A stretch of 64,000 nt of DNA from positions 160,001 to 224,000 of IMG/VR virus record IMGVR_UViG_3300031134_000001, one strand, 5' to 3'. The notes under the pieces were generated by a model. That model had not been told where the DNA came from and made no database searches. It saw only the letters and a list, made by a program, of their open reading frames with translations. The DNA is from a virus (lineage: Duplodnaviria > Caudoviricetes). Numbering within the stretch: position 1 is the stretch's first letter; every line of letters starts with the position of its first letter. Positions 45,575 through 55,489 of the stretch are shown piece by piece. The position numbers were made by a program, and so were the translations under genes.

Positions 45575-45633
45575 ACTCGCAGGAGGGGATCGCAAACCCC
45601 TCCTTTTTTCTATCATCTTACCAGGATACTAAA

Positions 45634-47046
45634 ATGAACATTTCGCTCAAGATCACCAGCTTGCATTTCTCGAACATGGGAGCGCAGCAACAGCCGCACC
45701 ACCGCAGTTACTTGGCGGACTTTACCAATTCGACCAAAAAGAAAATCAAAGCGCTTGACGGTCAAGCCATGCGTCAAGCAGTGCGTCGCCTGTCCGCCGA
45801 CCATCCCGACAACGAAGAATACTTGCTCCACCCATTCGCTACCAACGTCGTGGGCTTTTCCGTACACAGCAAAGTCGTTCCTTTCCCCATGGGCAAACGT
45901 AATGGCTGGGAAGATGGTGTGGCAAGTTTTGTACTCCACGTTTCGGTGATGAATGGCGCTATGCCTAAGAAATACATCATCGCCGGTTACACCGATCGTC
46001 CTATCCCGGAAGACGGCGCAGCCTTTGATCCTGACATGCTGCTGATGATCAACTCGATCTTTGAAATTATCGAAGCACGTGGGTTCGGCGCCATCGTGCG
46101 TAACGCCAGTCATGTTCTGTCAAATCCGCAATACCACGGCCCGTATGGCGATGCAGATTCACCGAACAGTAATCCTCATCGCATGCGACCGCAAGAAGTC
46201 TTTGGCCGGATGGAAATCAACAGCATGCCTGAATTGATGAATGGTCAAAGCGTGTATGATACGCGTAGTGCACACACCTCTACAGCAATGCTCAGTAACT
46301 ACGGTTATAGCAATCCAGCGCACTGGCTAAGCACCATCGTTAACGCATCAGCCAAGCATCACATCCGCGAACTTCAAACGCCACATGAGTATCTTCAGAC
46401 GTCGACAGGGATCACGGCGCTCGCAAGTTCGGTGCGTGAACAAAGCGCACATGCAAATGTGTTCTTGGCGGCGCTGAAAAAAATCATCGGTCACGGCGCA
46501 CCTTCACCAATCTTTCAACTGAAAGACTTGGCGCCTATCGATACTGATTATCTCGATGTCTGCAATGTCGTTGAAGGATCGCGTCACCACATCGACATGG
46601 GCTTTGAAAGCTGGGGCGCTTTCGATTTGATGTCGTTGGCAGCGCACCACATCAACCAAGTCGTGCCAACGATTCTGGCTAAGCATGGTTTGCGCTCGAT
46701 TGCGTTTAACGCTTTCCTGGAAGCTGGAGCAGTCCAACAAGACGGCATCACCATCAGTAACGTTGGTGCTCTCGTTGGCGACACTGGTATGTCGCCGCAA
46801 ATGAACGTGGTGGAAGACCTGCGCTTGCAAGTGTTTGATGTTGTGGAAAAGATGTTGGGTGGTGACTATCGTTTTGCTGGTAAATTCGATCTGTTTGGCA
46901 CCAGTAAGTTCATGCTCGAACACCGCGGTGAGACGAAGCACTACGGCTTCCCAACGTTTGCCAATGCGTTGACGTCGCCTATCATTGCCGATCAGCTGGT
47001 TCTCGAACACATGGCTGCGGGTATTGAAGAAGCGCTGGTCTCGTGA
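45634..47046 (+). CDS. phiKZ gp69 (PicA/Imp1)-like protein, divergent
   Basis: NGW...FVLHV...IAGYTD...DPDM..INS...SHVL...RMRPQEVF...YDTR...NPAHWLS...FANALTSPI resemble the recalled core family; start revised to ATG 45634. Confidence 0.55.
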   Translation: MNISLKITSLHFSNMGAQQQPHHRSYLADFTNSTKKKIKALDGQAMRQAVRRLSADHPDNEEYLLHPFATNVVGFSVHSKVVPFPMGKRNGWEDGVASFVLHVSVMNGAMPKKYIIAGYTDRPIPEDGAAFDPDMLLMINSIFEIIEARGFGAIVRNASHVLSNPQYHGPYGDADSPNSNPHRMRPQEVFGRMEINSMPELMNGQSVYDTRSAHTSTAMLSNYGYSNPAHWLSTIVNASAKHHIRELQTPHEYLQTSTGITALASSVREQSAHANVFLAALKKIIGHGAPSPIFQLKDLAPIDTDYLDVCNVVEGSRHHIDMGFESWGAFDLMSLAAHHINQVVPTILAKHGLRSIAFNAFLEAGAVQQDGITISNVGALVGDTGMSPQMNVVEDLRLQVFDVVEKMLGGDYRFAGKFDLFGTSKFMLEHRGETKHYGFPTFANALTSPIIADQLVLEHMAAGIEEALVS

Positions 47047-47053
47047 TCATTTA

Positions 47054-47098
47054 ACGGCATAAGACAGAGAGCCTTCGGGCTCTCTTCTTTTTCTATGC
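47054..47098. terminator. ACGGCATA...TATGC-flanked hairpin
   Basis: GAGAGCC-TTCG-GGCTCTC plus T-run. Confidence 0.85.
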
Positions 47099-47117
47099 TT
47101 TCTTTTTTTGTTTCCTT

Positions 47118-47381
47118 ATGCCGCCTGATGTAGAACTCAAAGAATTGTTAAAACGCGTTCGCGCCTGGCACACAGTCAGGATGCGAAGATACAAGAACGA
47201 CTTACCGGACGACGTCTACTACGCCGCTTACTTACCCAGCTTACAATTATACCAACGCGCTAAGCAGAGTTACTACCTTAGCGATTTACGAGAACTGCGC
47301 ATTATTGCAAGATCCGTCAATTACCACATTGAACCGTGGTCAGTGACGGCGTGGTACGCGTTAAACACTAAGAAGGTGTGA
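47118..47381 (+). CDS. hypothetical protein
   Basis: ORF track; no clear RBS. Confidence 0.45.
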   Translation: MPPDVELKELLKRVRAWHTVRMRRYKNDLPDDVYYAAYLPSLQLYQRAKQSYYLSDLRELRIIARSVNYHIEPWSVTAWYALNTKKV

Positions 47382-47395
47382 ATTTATTTCACGCC

Positions 47396-47410
47396 TATAT
47401 CACTTAGGTG
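47396..47410 (+). promoter_or_regulatory. putative early promoter core TATATCACTTAGGTG
   Basis: Recurrent motif. Confidence 0.55.
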
Positions 47411-47484
47411 TTGTAGAGAGAAAACAACAACAGTTCTTTTCGTTATTTGACTTACTTACAAAAATCAACTACAGGAGTTAGATC

Positions 47485-48240
47485 ATGGCGGTGGCAGGAG
47501 CACATTACAAGAAGTTCAATGAAGACGAGTGGGACATTATCGAAGAACGCTTTCCGCCAAGCGTTTCGCATTACAAGCAGATTTTCGAAGAAGACCATCG
47601 CAAGCACTACAAGATCCGCGTAACGGAAAACGGCATCAAAGTCGATCGCGTCGTTATTATCAGTGACGTTGATTTCGACGACATGATTCACGTTACGATG
47701 GAAGAAGCGACGGTACATCCAGATTCGGACGATACCCATTTCGTCATGCACCGTGAAAAGTTTAAGATTCACGCTAACGTGCTGGATGAAGTTGAATTTC
47801 GCTTCAAGTATATCAGGTACTTCCTGATGCAAACGATCAACCCTAAAACCGTCCCACCGTTTGATCTGATCATTAAAGCTGAAAAGATTACGAAGGACTG
47901 GTTGGGTCGCAGCTCCACTAAAGTGGTGCTGTTTTTGGACAAAGGTGATGTCGGCGATCAATGGTGTTACAAGATCACGTCAGTGAGTTATCCTGACAAA
48001 ATCATCGTATCGCACCTCGACCCCGCTACGGCCGACGGCCCTCTGTACTCCAAGCTCGTGAACGTGTGGCATGATGGCCTACGTCAAGGACGACTGCAAG
48101 GCGTCGTAGAAGTGGGGGAAAAGATGGCGATGAATACCTTTCGTGAAGCGTTCACCGCCGGCCAAATCCTCCAAGGAGAAATCCCCGATTCCGTGCGCGA
48201 GTTCTTGCGAAACGGTTTTATTGACCAGCTGAAAAAATAA
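47485..48240 (+). CDS. hypothetical protein
   Basis: AGGAG RBS. Confidence 0.8.
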   Translation: MAVAGAHYKKFNEDEWDIIEERFPPSVSHYKQIFEEDHRKHYKIRVTENGIKVDRVVIISDVDFDDMIHVTMEEATVHPDSDDTHFVMHREKFKIHANVLDEVEFRFKYIRYFLMQTINPKTVPPFDLIIKAEKITKDWLGRSSTKVVLFLDKGDVGDQWCYKITSVSYPDKIIVSHLDPATADGPLYSKLVNVWHDGLRQGRLQGVVEVGEKMAMNTFREAFTAGQILQGEIPDSVREFLRNGFIDQLKK

Positions 48241-48248
48241 GGTACACC

Positions 48249-48986
48249 ATGGAAATTCGTAGACACGCTGGCAGTCTGGATGACTCGATAGCAACTGCCA
48301 AAGAGATCCCGAACACAATGGCCGCGATTCGCGCGTACGCTCTTGAGCAAGCGAAGTATCTCTCCTATACGGAAGAAGAACTGGCTTCGTTTGCTGTGGA
48401 ACCGCATAGCGGCCCTGATGAGCGCATTGGTTGGGATGCCACGTTCATCATCACGTACGTGAGTCACAACACCGGTAGCCGTGGTGTGTTTGGATTTTGC
48501 GATCAAGCGCCAGAGGAAGGCATTTACGCCAAACTTCTCAACCTCAATGGACCGACCCGCGGTGGCAACTTCTACCCGGCAGCGTTGATGGCAGAAGCGG
48601 TCAAGAAGTTCAATGCTAAGAACCGCGGAGAATTCTTCGGCGAGACGCGTACTCCCGATATATCGATCGAAGGTCTTGGGTTAGCACCTGATACTCCCTA
48701 TAAAGATCGCGCCGACGCGCAAATAAGGCGGGTCGCGATGGTGGCTGGTGATGAGATGGCTCTTCAAGGCACGAACTTGCGCATTGAAGACGGGTTCGTT
48801 GTCGCCACTGTTAAACCAGCAGGCGTGGCAGCTAACGTCGTGGAAATGTTACAAAATGCCGGTAAGGTACATTTCGCCATGCGCGCGTTTGTCAGCTACG
48901 AGTTTCAATTGCCGATGGACCAAGGCCCGCGGGTGGTGGATCGGTGCGACATCGTAACCTTCGATCTGTGTGATAAACCCCTGTAA
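48249..48986 (+). CDS. two-domain protein; C-terminus resembles a degenerate prohead protease
   Basis: N-terminal RRHAGSLDDSI...DERIGWD small phage domain; C-terminal FFGETRTP...KPAG...FAMRA...IVTFD. Confidence 0.5.
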   Translation: MEIRRHAGSLDDSIATAKEIPNTMAAIRAYALEQAKYLSYTEEELASFAVEPHSGPDERIGWDATFIITYVSHNTGSRGVFGFCDQAPEEGIYAKLLNLNGPTRGGNFYPAALMAEAVKKFNAKNRGEFFGETRTPDISIEGLGLAPDTPYKDRADAQIRRVAMVAGDEMALQGTNLRIEDGFVVATVKPAGVAANVVEMLQNAGKVHFAMRAFVSYEFQLPMDQGPRVVDRCDIVTFDLCDKPL

Positions 48987-49007
48987 CTGTAAGAAAGAAC
49001 CAACAAC

Positions 49008-49946
49008 ATGAATGAAGCTGCTATCCTTTCCGACCGCCAGATCCGTGAACTGTGCGAGAAACCTGTCGGCACCCTGCGTTACACCGATTCCCGCCATGGT
49101 CCGGTTACTGAAGAACGTCGGGTACAAGTCTACGCTGATCAACTCGTTAACGGGTATCGCCAACACTTTGATGCTTACGCGGAAAAGCACGGCGGTAAAC
49201 AGATCCACGGTACACGCATTACGCTGCATGACGTTCACAGCGACGTCTATCAAGAGCACTATCGCGACTTCCAACCAATGATCGAACCGTTTTCTCCGCA
49301 CCAAGTTCGCGAGAACGAGCGCAACGCTACGGACGAAGAAGTGTATGTGATTCAACGCATGCTCAATGAAGAAGGTGTCGGCAATAAAGTTGACATCATC
49401 GCGGAACTGCAAAAGAAATGGCCTAGCATCCGGTCATTCCGGCTAGACATCATGCTGGGCTACCAGATCCTGGAAAAGATCGTCAGCTACGGTTTGACCT
49501 CGTTCGGTTACGATGTGCGCTGCGGTCGTGAATTCAAGATCTTCACCAACATCAATTCCACGCTGATCGATCCGAAGAACTTCGACGACAAGAACTTCGT
49601 GGACTTCGTCGGCGACGTTTGCATTATCCCGCCCAATTCGTTCGTGCTGGCCCGGACCATGGAACGCTTTGATCTGCCCCGCGACATCGTCGCTGACTGC
49701 GTGGGTAAGTCCACTTACGCCCGGTGCGGCATCTCCATCATGGTCACGCCACTCGAACCTGAGTGGGACGGCTACCTGACGCTGGAGTTCGCCAACACGA
49801 CCCCGCTGCCAGCCAAGCTGTATGCTGGTGAAGGTTGTGGTCAGATCCGCTTCTTCCGCGGCAGCGAAGGCTGCGAGACGTCGTACCGTGACCGTGGTGG
49901 CAAGTACCTCGGTCAAACCGATCAACCTGTCACACCGAAGATGTAA
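49008..49946 (+). CDS. dcd: dCTP deaminase with two N-terminal insertions
   Basis: [71 protein letters not shown]. Confidence 0.95.
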   Translation: MNEAAILSDRQIRELCEKPVGTLRYTDSRHGPVTEERRVQVYADQLVNGYRQHFDAYAEKHGGKQIHGTRITLHDVHSDVYQEHYRDFQPMIEPFSPHQVRENERNATDEEVYVIQRMLNEEGVGNKVDIIAELQKKWPSIRSFRLDIMLGYQILEKIVSYGLTSFGYDVRCGREFKIFTNINSTLIDPKNFDDKNFVDFVGDVCIIPPNSFVLARTMERFDLPRDIVADCVGKSTYARCGISIMVTPLEPEWDGYLTLEFANTTPLPAKLYAGEGCGQIRFFRGSEGCETSYRDRGGKYLGQTDQPVTPKM

Positions 49947-49947
49947 C

Positions 49948-50382
49948 ATGAGCCAAGAAATCAACGGTCCTCATCTTGAGACGAATGGTTTTTACTTTCT
50001 TCTCAAGAAAGCAGCTTGCGCTACCTCGCTCAGAAACGCTTTGAGCAGTCACGCTTCTGGCGAGCCCCTCCATCCGAGTTATCTGCATTCGTGGCTCGCT
50101 GTCCTGCAAACCTTCAGTCTCTTCCGGCGGCATCAGATCGTCTTCGAAAAGGAAATCTTGTTTGAGCCAATCGTCATTACCGACGGTAAGCTCGAACCAG
50201 TGCTTGATGCCAAGCTGTGCGGCGTTCTGGTGATCTCTCCGTCGGAAGACTACGAGGGCGGTGAATACAACGGCGCCAAGGTCGAACAAGGCGGCGCTGT
50301 GTTCTATCGCCCTGAAGACTACCAAGACTTCGCACCGGTCACGGAAGGCGAATGCAAGGCGTACTACTTCGCACTTAAATAG
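49948..50382 (+). CDS. degenerate 2OG-Fe(II) oxygenase-like protein
   Basis: KLCGVLVISPSEDYEGGE...GAVFY...PVTEG resembles PKHD-type C-half; iron His residues not seen. Confidence 0.4.
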   Translation: MSQEINGPHLETNGFYFLLKKAACATSLRNALSSHASGEPLHPSYLHSWLAVLQTFSLFRRHQIVFEKEILFEPIVITDGKLEPVLDAKLCGVLVISPSEDYEGGEYNGAKVEQGGAVFYRPEDYQDFAPVTEGECKAYYFALK

Positions 50383-50436
50383 CAGTTCAGCCGAGGGCTC
50401 GCAACCCTCGGCTTCTTACCAGGGAAAGGATGCAAC

Positions 50437-50814
50437 ATGCTTGAACCAGTTTGGAAACGCACTAAAGGCTATAACTTGCTGGACCCGTACCAAAGCATCC
50501 AAACCATCGAAGACGGTAACCTGACAATGGCTGCGTTGCGGTCATTGTTTCCAGATGGCCAAGCCAACGCCATGAACCTGGCGATGTTCTCGACCGGTGG
50601 TACGTTTGGCACGTTTGCCACGATCGAGGACGTGGAAGCAGAAATCAAACAAAATGGCTTTACGTTTGATGGCTTGACGTTCGTGGTGGTGCAACCACGG
50701 GTTTTGTGCTTGCGTTACGGCAGAGCTTATCCGGAGAACGACGACGACTTCGCGTTCTTAAAGAAGCTGCGAACAACCTCGAACGAAGTGTTCGGCAAGA
50801 TCGGTCAGCCGTGA
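50437..50814 (+). CDS. hypothetical protein
   Basis: AAGGA RBS. Confidence 0.75.
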   Translation: MLEPVWKRTKGYNLLDPYQSIQTIEDGNLTMAALRSLFPDGQANAMNLAMFSTGGTFGTFATIEDVEAEIKQNGFTFDGLTFVVVQPRVLCLRYGRAYPENDDDFAFLKKLRTTSNEVFGKIGQP

Positions 50815-50815
50815 T

Positions 50816-51175
50816 ATGGGCTTCTTAGATGAGCTAAGTCAGCGTTTGTATAACGCCACTAAACGCCAATACCTCGAAATGAGATACGGTGCACCTTGGC
50901 CATATCCAGACGCAGCTGGAGTGGGTCTGCATATCACCAACATCCAACTTGATGCGCAACGTTTTGTAGATGCAATTCGTGGAGCCGGCTGCCCTACGAA
51001 CATGGCAATCGAACTCGCCGGTAATCTTGCTTTGAACGGGGAAATCAAAACCACCATATCGCAGCAAGTCGATCTGTTATCTGCGATCGACGACATAAAG
51101 AAAAGTGGCGCAGCTGTGCAAGTTATTGCGCCTGCCCAGAAATACATAAACGGTTTACATCATGAGTCCGTATAA
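50816..51175 (+). CDS. hypothetical protein
   Basis: Operonic ORF. Confidence 0.7.
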   Translation: MGFLDELSQRLYNATKRQYLEMRYGAPWPYPDAAGVGLHITNIQLDAQRFVDAIRGAGCPTNMAIELAGNLALNGEIKTTISQQVDLLSAIDDIKKSGAAVQVIAPAQKYINGLHHESV

Positions 51176-51347
51176 CAATCCGCCTCCGACGGGTATTTCC
51201 AACGAAGGTTACATGGGTTTTTCACTGAAACAATTGGCTGCGCTGTCTCAGCCGGCTAAACCTTGGTGGAAAGATATCTTCACCATCAGCGAATTGATTG
51301 TCATTGGCTTTTCGATCATCAAGGGTTTGATTGTTTACTATAACTAA
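51162..51347 (+). CDS. small membrane protein
   Basis: C-terminal hydrophobic helix. Confidence 0.55.
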   Translation: MSPYNNPPPTGISNEGYMGFSLKQLAALSQPAKPWWKDIFTISELIVIGFSIIKGLIVYYN

Positions 51348-51364
51348 CAACATCGGAGGTCGCT

Positions 51365-52141
51365 GTGAAAATCACTATCCTACCGCCACAAGAAGCGCCC
51401 AAGCAACTCACTGCCCAACATCGCTCTAAGTCATTAGGGGAACATTTCGAAGCGTTCATGAGCGTGAACAACATCCGTGGGTTCATGGATGAGTTGTGCG
51501 TTGAAGAACCGATCGTGGAAGAAGTCGCTGCGATGTGGTTGATTGTTGTCTGGGAAGTACAGTACCAGCGACAAGTCGAAGCAATGCGTTTGTATGCCGA
51601 GCAACAATGGCTGCTGGAACGTAAAGCTACGCAAGAGAAGAAGATGGCTGAGCGGGCAGCAAAGCGCGCGCTCGATACGCCTGTGTTGAAAACCGCGCAA
51701 GTAGCGCAGTCGATGGTGCGTGGGACTGTAGCAGAAGCGGACTCTCAACTCTTCAAAACACCACTGCAGCAATACGACGAAGCTGTCAAACAAGCGCGGG
51801 CTAGTGGTAAGATGTTTGACATCGCATCACCTAAGCCACTCCGTGACGCCGAGTATCGCGCCCGCTTGAATGAACTTTTGGCGGACAGTGAGATACTGAT
51901 CTCCGAAGCAGAGATGAGTGATCGCATGAAGACCTCACCGCTGCGCAAACATATCGTGGCTAGCCGAGATTTTTACTCGATGCGCGCCGTCACGCCAGAG
52001 CAAGCTAAAGCGATTGCCCAAGCTTATCAGGAATCTTTGGCGCCTGTTTTCGTATCGACATTTGACATTCAAGAATTTCTGATGTCTTCACCAAAGTCGG
52101 AACCTACAGGCGCGTACCGCATCAACCCGTACTTAAAATAA
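51365..52141 (+). CDS. hypothetical coiled-coil protein
   Basis: GGAGG RBS, GTG start. Confidence 0.75.
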   Translation: MKITILPPQEAPKQLTAQHRSKSLGEHFEAFMSVNNIRGFMDELCVEEPIVEEVAAMWLIVVWEVQYQRQVEAMRLYAEQQWLLERKATQEKKMAERAAKRALDTPVLKTAQVAQSMVRGTVAEADSQLFKTPLQQYDEAVKQARASGKMFDIASPKPLRDAEYRARLNELLADSEILISEAEMSDRMKTSPLRKHIVASRDFYSMRAVTPEQAKAIAQAYQESLAPVFVSTFDIQEFLMSSPKSEPTGAYRINPYLK

Positions 52142-52163
52142 CCAACAACTAAAAGGATCGCTC

Positions 52164-52598
52164 ATGAAGGAAAACTTTGATCCACACCAAGTGGTGATCT
52201 CCCGTGAGTATTTCAACACGCTCATTACCATGGCCGGTATTAACGACGTACCTGCTGGGCGCAAGAACCATCCCAACCAAACGATCATTGGACGCATCCT
52301 CTGGCATGCGCGTAAGTTCAATCGCGCGCTTCACAATGAGCGGCAGGTGGATGTCGAAAAGGATCTGCTGATTAAACGGCATCAAAGACACAAGCGGACT
52401 CAGCTGATAAAAGAGTACGGCAACGGCACTAAGCAGGTCTTTGTTATGGATGGCGAGAACGATTGGCCAACTGTCATCTGTGGCGAAAGCCGCAAAAGTA
52501 AAATGCATATCCGCTGCATGGTGATCCGTGCTCACACATGTAACTTTGAAGCGGTTCATGTCGACAGCATTATCCGCATACCACGCGCATTTAAATAA
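52164..52598 (+). CDS. hypothetical protein
   Basis: AACCAACAACTAAAAGGA leader. Confidence 0.75.
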   Translation: MKENFDPHQVVISREYFNTLITMAGINDVPAGRKNHPNQTIIGRILWHARKFNRALHNERQVDVEKDLLIKRHQRHKRTQLIKEYGNGTKQVFVMDGENDWPTVICGESRKSKMHIRCMVIRAHTCNFEAVHVDSIIRIPRAFK

Positions 52599-52621
52599 CC
52601 AACAACTAAAAAGGAATCATC

Positions 52622-53857
52622 ATGCAGTTCTATATCGTCGGCGGCTATGTCCGCGATAAGGTTTTGGGCAGAATACCTAAAGACCGTGATCTCGTGGTCG
52701 TGGGAGCTACCGAGGCTGATATGCTGGAGTTTGGCTGTCGGCCGGTTGGTAAAGACTTTCCTAGCTTCATCGGTCCAGATGGCGATGAAATTTCCATGGC
52801 GCGCCGTTCCCGTAATGGCGGGGTCGCTGACTTCGGTCCTGAAGTTACCCTCGAAGAAGATCTGGGTAAGCGAGATCTGACCATCAACGCCATGGCCATG
52901 GGCGAAGCCTACGAGGGTGATGCGTCGCTGATCGATCCGTATTTCGGCCACGACGACCTGCTTAACAAAGTGCTGCGTATGGTCAGCGAAGAAGCGTTTC
53001 GTGAAGACCCTATCCGAGTGCTGCGTGTTGCGCGGTTCGCTGCCCGCCTTCCGGACTTCCGGATCGACACCGACACCATGCATGTCATGAAGTCGCTCGT
53101 GATGGAAGGCAAACTCGACAACCTCGTGCCGGAACGGGTGTGGAAAGAACTGCACCGCGGCCTGATGGAAACCCAGCCCTCCAGGATGCTCAAGACGCTG
53201 CGTTTTTGCGGTGCACTCAAAGCCATCCTGCCGGAAGTCGATGCGCTCTACGGGGTCCCACAACCTGCCCAATGGCATCCTGAAGTGGATACGGGCATTC
53301 ATATCGAACAAGTGCTCGACTACGCGGCCAGCCAAGACTTTGCGCTGCCGGTGCGTGTGGCTGCGTTGCTGCATGACGTCGGTAAAGCATTAACACCGGC
53401 TGACACGTGGCCTGCTCACCATGGTCATGAAGGACTGGGCGAGCGCACTGCGCTGGCTGTGTGTGAGCGTCTGCGCGTGCCGGACTCTATCGCCCGTGTG
53501 GTGGCAATGACGACCCGTGAGCACGGTAACGTGCATGCAGCACTGAAGCTGCGGCCTGTGTCTGTGACGCGGTTGCTGCGTAAGTGCGACGCATTCCGTA
53601 ATCCCGATCGTTTTCAATACATGCTGCAAGCCTGCATGTGCGACGCACGTGGTCGTAAGTCCGACACCGTGAGCTTTGAAAACGTTGAGTATCCACAAGC
53701 CATGCGCTTGAGCGGTGCTCTGTGGGCAGCCCGGCAAGTCAAAGGCCATGACATCGCTGCCAAGTTCAAAGATCGTCCTGAAGAGATCGCAGTTCACATC
53801 CACGCTGAACGCGCCCGCGCTATCCGTCGCTTCGAAAAACAACACCCCGTCAATTAA
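52622..53857 (+). CDS. cca: multifunctional CCA-adding enzyme with HD domain
   Basis: YIVGGYVRD, DRD, VGKDFP, RDLTINAMA, EDPIRVLRVARF, ERVWKE, HPEVDTGIH, LLHDVGK, HHGHE. Confidence 0.95.
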   Translation: MQFYIVGGYVRDKVLGRIPKDRDLVVVGATEADMLEFGCRPVGKDFPSFIGPDGDEISMARRSRNGGVADFGPEVTLEEDLGKRDLTINAMAMGEAYEGDASLIDPYFGHDDLLNKVLRMVSEEAFREDPIRVLRVARFAARLPDFRIDTDTMHVMKSLVMEGKLDNLVPERVWKELHRGLMETQPSRMLKTLRFCGALKAILPEVDALYGVPQPAQWHPEVDTGIHIEQVLDYAASQDFALPVRVAALLHDVGKALTPADTWPAHHGHEGLGERTALAVCERLRVPDSIARVVAMTTREHGNVHAALKLRPVSVTRLLRKCDAFRNPDRFQYMLQACMCDARGRKSDTVSFENVEYPQAMRLSGALWAARQVKGHDIAAKFKDRPEEIAVHIHAERARAIRRFEKQHPVN

Positions 53858-53867
53858 GGAGTAATAC

Positions 53868-55037
53868 ATGGGCGGCAACGCACTGATGTTTGCGCACACT
53901 GAGCGCAAGAACAAAGAGCAGTACACTGAAATCACCCGCACCGTGATCGACAAGTTGTGCGAACTGTTCCCGGCAACCGAGATGGCAGCGATCAAATCGA
54001 TCGAAGGTAAAGAGACCTTTGGCGACTGCGACATTTTGTTGGTCGATAAGAACCTGCCGGCAAACTGGATCTACCAAGTCCAGCAAGCATTCCATACCAA
54101 GGAAATGCTGATCAACCGACTGGGTGGTGGACCGCTTCGCTTCATTGACCCTAACATCGCGTTGGAGGTGGAGCACGTCGCCCTGCACGACGGTAGCCAC
54201 TACGATGTGCCGCAGTCAGCTATCCCGTCTTCGACAGTGTCGTTTGCGTTCGAGGATTTCCAGATCGATCTGATGATCACCCAACCAGAAGACTTCGAGA
54301 TCGCCCAAATCTACTACGCTTACAACGACCTCGGTAACCTCATGGGGCGCATCGCTGATGCCATGGGGTTCAAGTTCGGCTGGAGCGGCCTGTGGAAGAA
54401 CCTCGATGAAGGTAGCGAGACATACGCGAAGTTGTGCGTCTCGCGCGACCCTCGCCCCATCTTCGAGTTGTTGGGATACGATTACGATCGCTATTTGGTC
54501 GGATTCGAATCGTTCGAGAACATGTACGAATACGCTGCTTCGTCGCAGTGGTTTCACAGTGCGCTTTACCAGTTTGAAAACCGCAATCACAAAGACCGCG
54601 TGCGTGATGAGAAGCGCGCATCGTACCGCGGTTTCGTGGCGTGGCTGGAAGGCAAACCATGGCTGAACAAACACACATGGACCCGGTACGAGCTGGGCAC
54701 CAATCCACCGGCTCGGGTGCGGGAAAAGGAGGCACATCTGCGCCGGGCTTTGAGCCGGCATACGAGTTTCCGCCTGAGTGTCGATATCGAAAAGCGGCGG
54801 TACGTGGCAGTCAAAGGCGCCAAGAAGATCTGGAACGGTGAGATCATTTCCAAACTCACTGGGTTTACGGGTATGGAGTTGGGCGACTTCATGCGTCACT
54901 GCAAAGAAACGACGTATTGGGAAGGGGAGTTTGTTTCGTTTGAAGAACTTCTGTACGTACGTCGTCATGCGATCAATGTCCCTGCCATGGTTCGTGACCG
55001 CCTGCAGCATTTCAAACGGAAAGTCGATGACGCGTAA
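53868..55037 (+). CDS. Pol-beta-family nucleotidyltransferase
   Basis: MGGNA, KETFGDCDILL (GDxD), FQIDL, YNDLGNLMG..FKFGWSGL. Confidence 0.7.
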   Translation: MGGNALMFAHTERKNKEQYTEITRTVIDKLCELFPATEMAAIKSIEGKETFGDCDILLVDKNLPANWIYQVQQAFHTKEMLINRLGGGPLRFIDPNIALEVEHVALHDGSHYDVPQSAIPSSTVSFAFEDFQIDLMITQPEDFEIAQIYYAYNDLGNLMGRIADAMGFKFGWSGLWKNLDEGSETYAKLCVSRDPRPIFELLGYDYDRYLVGFESFENMYEYAASSQWFHSALYQFENRNHKDRVRDEKRASYRGFVAWLEGKPWLNKHTWTRYELGTNPPARVREKEAHLRRALSRHTSFRLSVDIEKRRYVAVKGAKKIWNGEIISKLTGFTGMELGDFMRHCKETTYWEGEFVSFEELLYVRRHAINVPAMVRDRLQHFKRKVDDA

Positions 55038-55395
55038 GATGGTGCATCTTGCAATTACCCGGCAGCTAAGTCGCTGGTCGATTGACTACATGCAGCCGTA
55101 TCAGTTGCTAACGCATTACTTGATGGCGTCGTACGCGTATTACATTCTAGCGGAAAGCGTATGGGTGGATGACGACTACGACTTTTTGTGTAGTCGGTTA
55201 TTAGAAGAGTTTGATAACTTCGAACACCGGCACAAACACTTAACTGGCGTCGATGCGTTGGGAGCCGGTACCGCATACCACCTAAAGTCGGAAGATTATC
55301 CACCTCAAATCCGTCATGGCTTTCCGACGTACATACGCAACATGAATGACGGCACCATCGAAAGCGACCTCTTAAAACAAGGTCGTTATAAATAA
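55027..55395 (+). CDS. stand-alone protein resembling NAD-dependent ligase subdomain Ia
   Basis: YLMASYAYY...DDDYDFLCSRL...HRHKHL...YP. Confidence 0.55.
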   Translation: MTRKMVHLAITRQLSRWSIDYMQPYQLLTHYLMASYAYYILAESVWVDDDYDFLCSRLLEEFDNFEHRHKHLTGVDALGAGTAYHLKSEDYPPQIRHGFPTYIRNMNDGTIESDLLKQGRYK

Positions 55396-55489
55396 ACATC
55401 GGGAACTACGATCGTTTGACAGATGCGCTTCCCTATGGCAACTGTTCGCGACGTAGTTAACCGCACAAAACTAATAAAGGAAAACAAGC

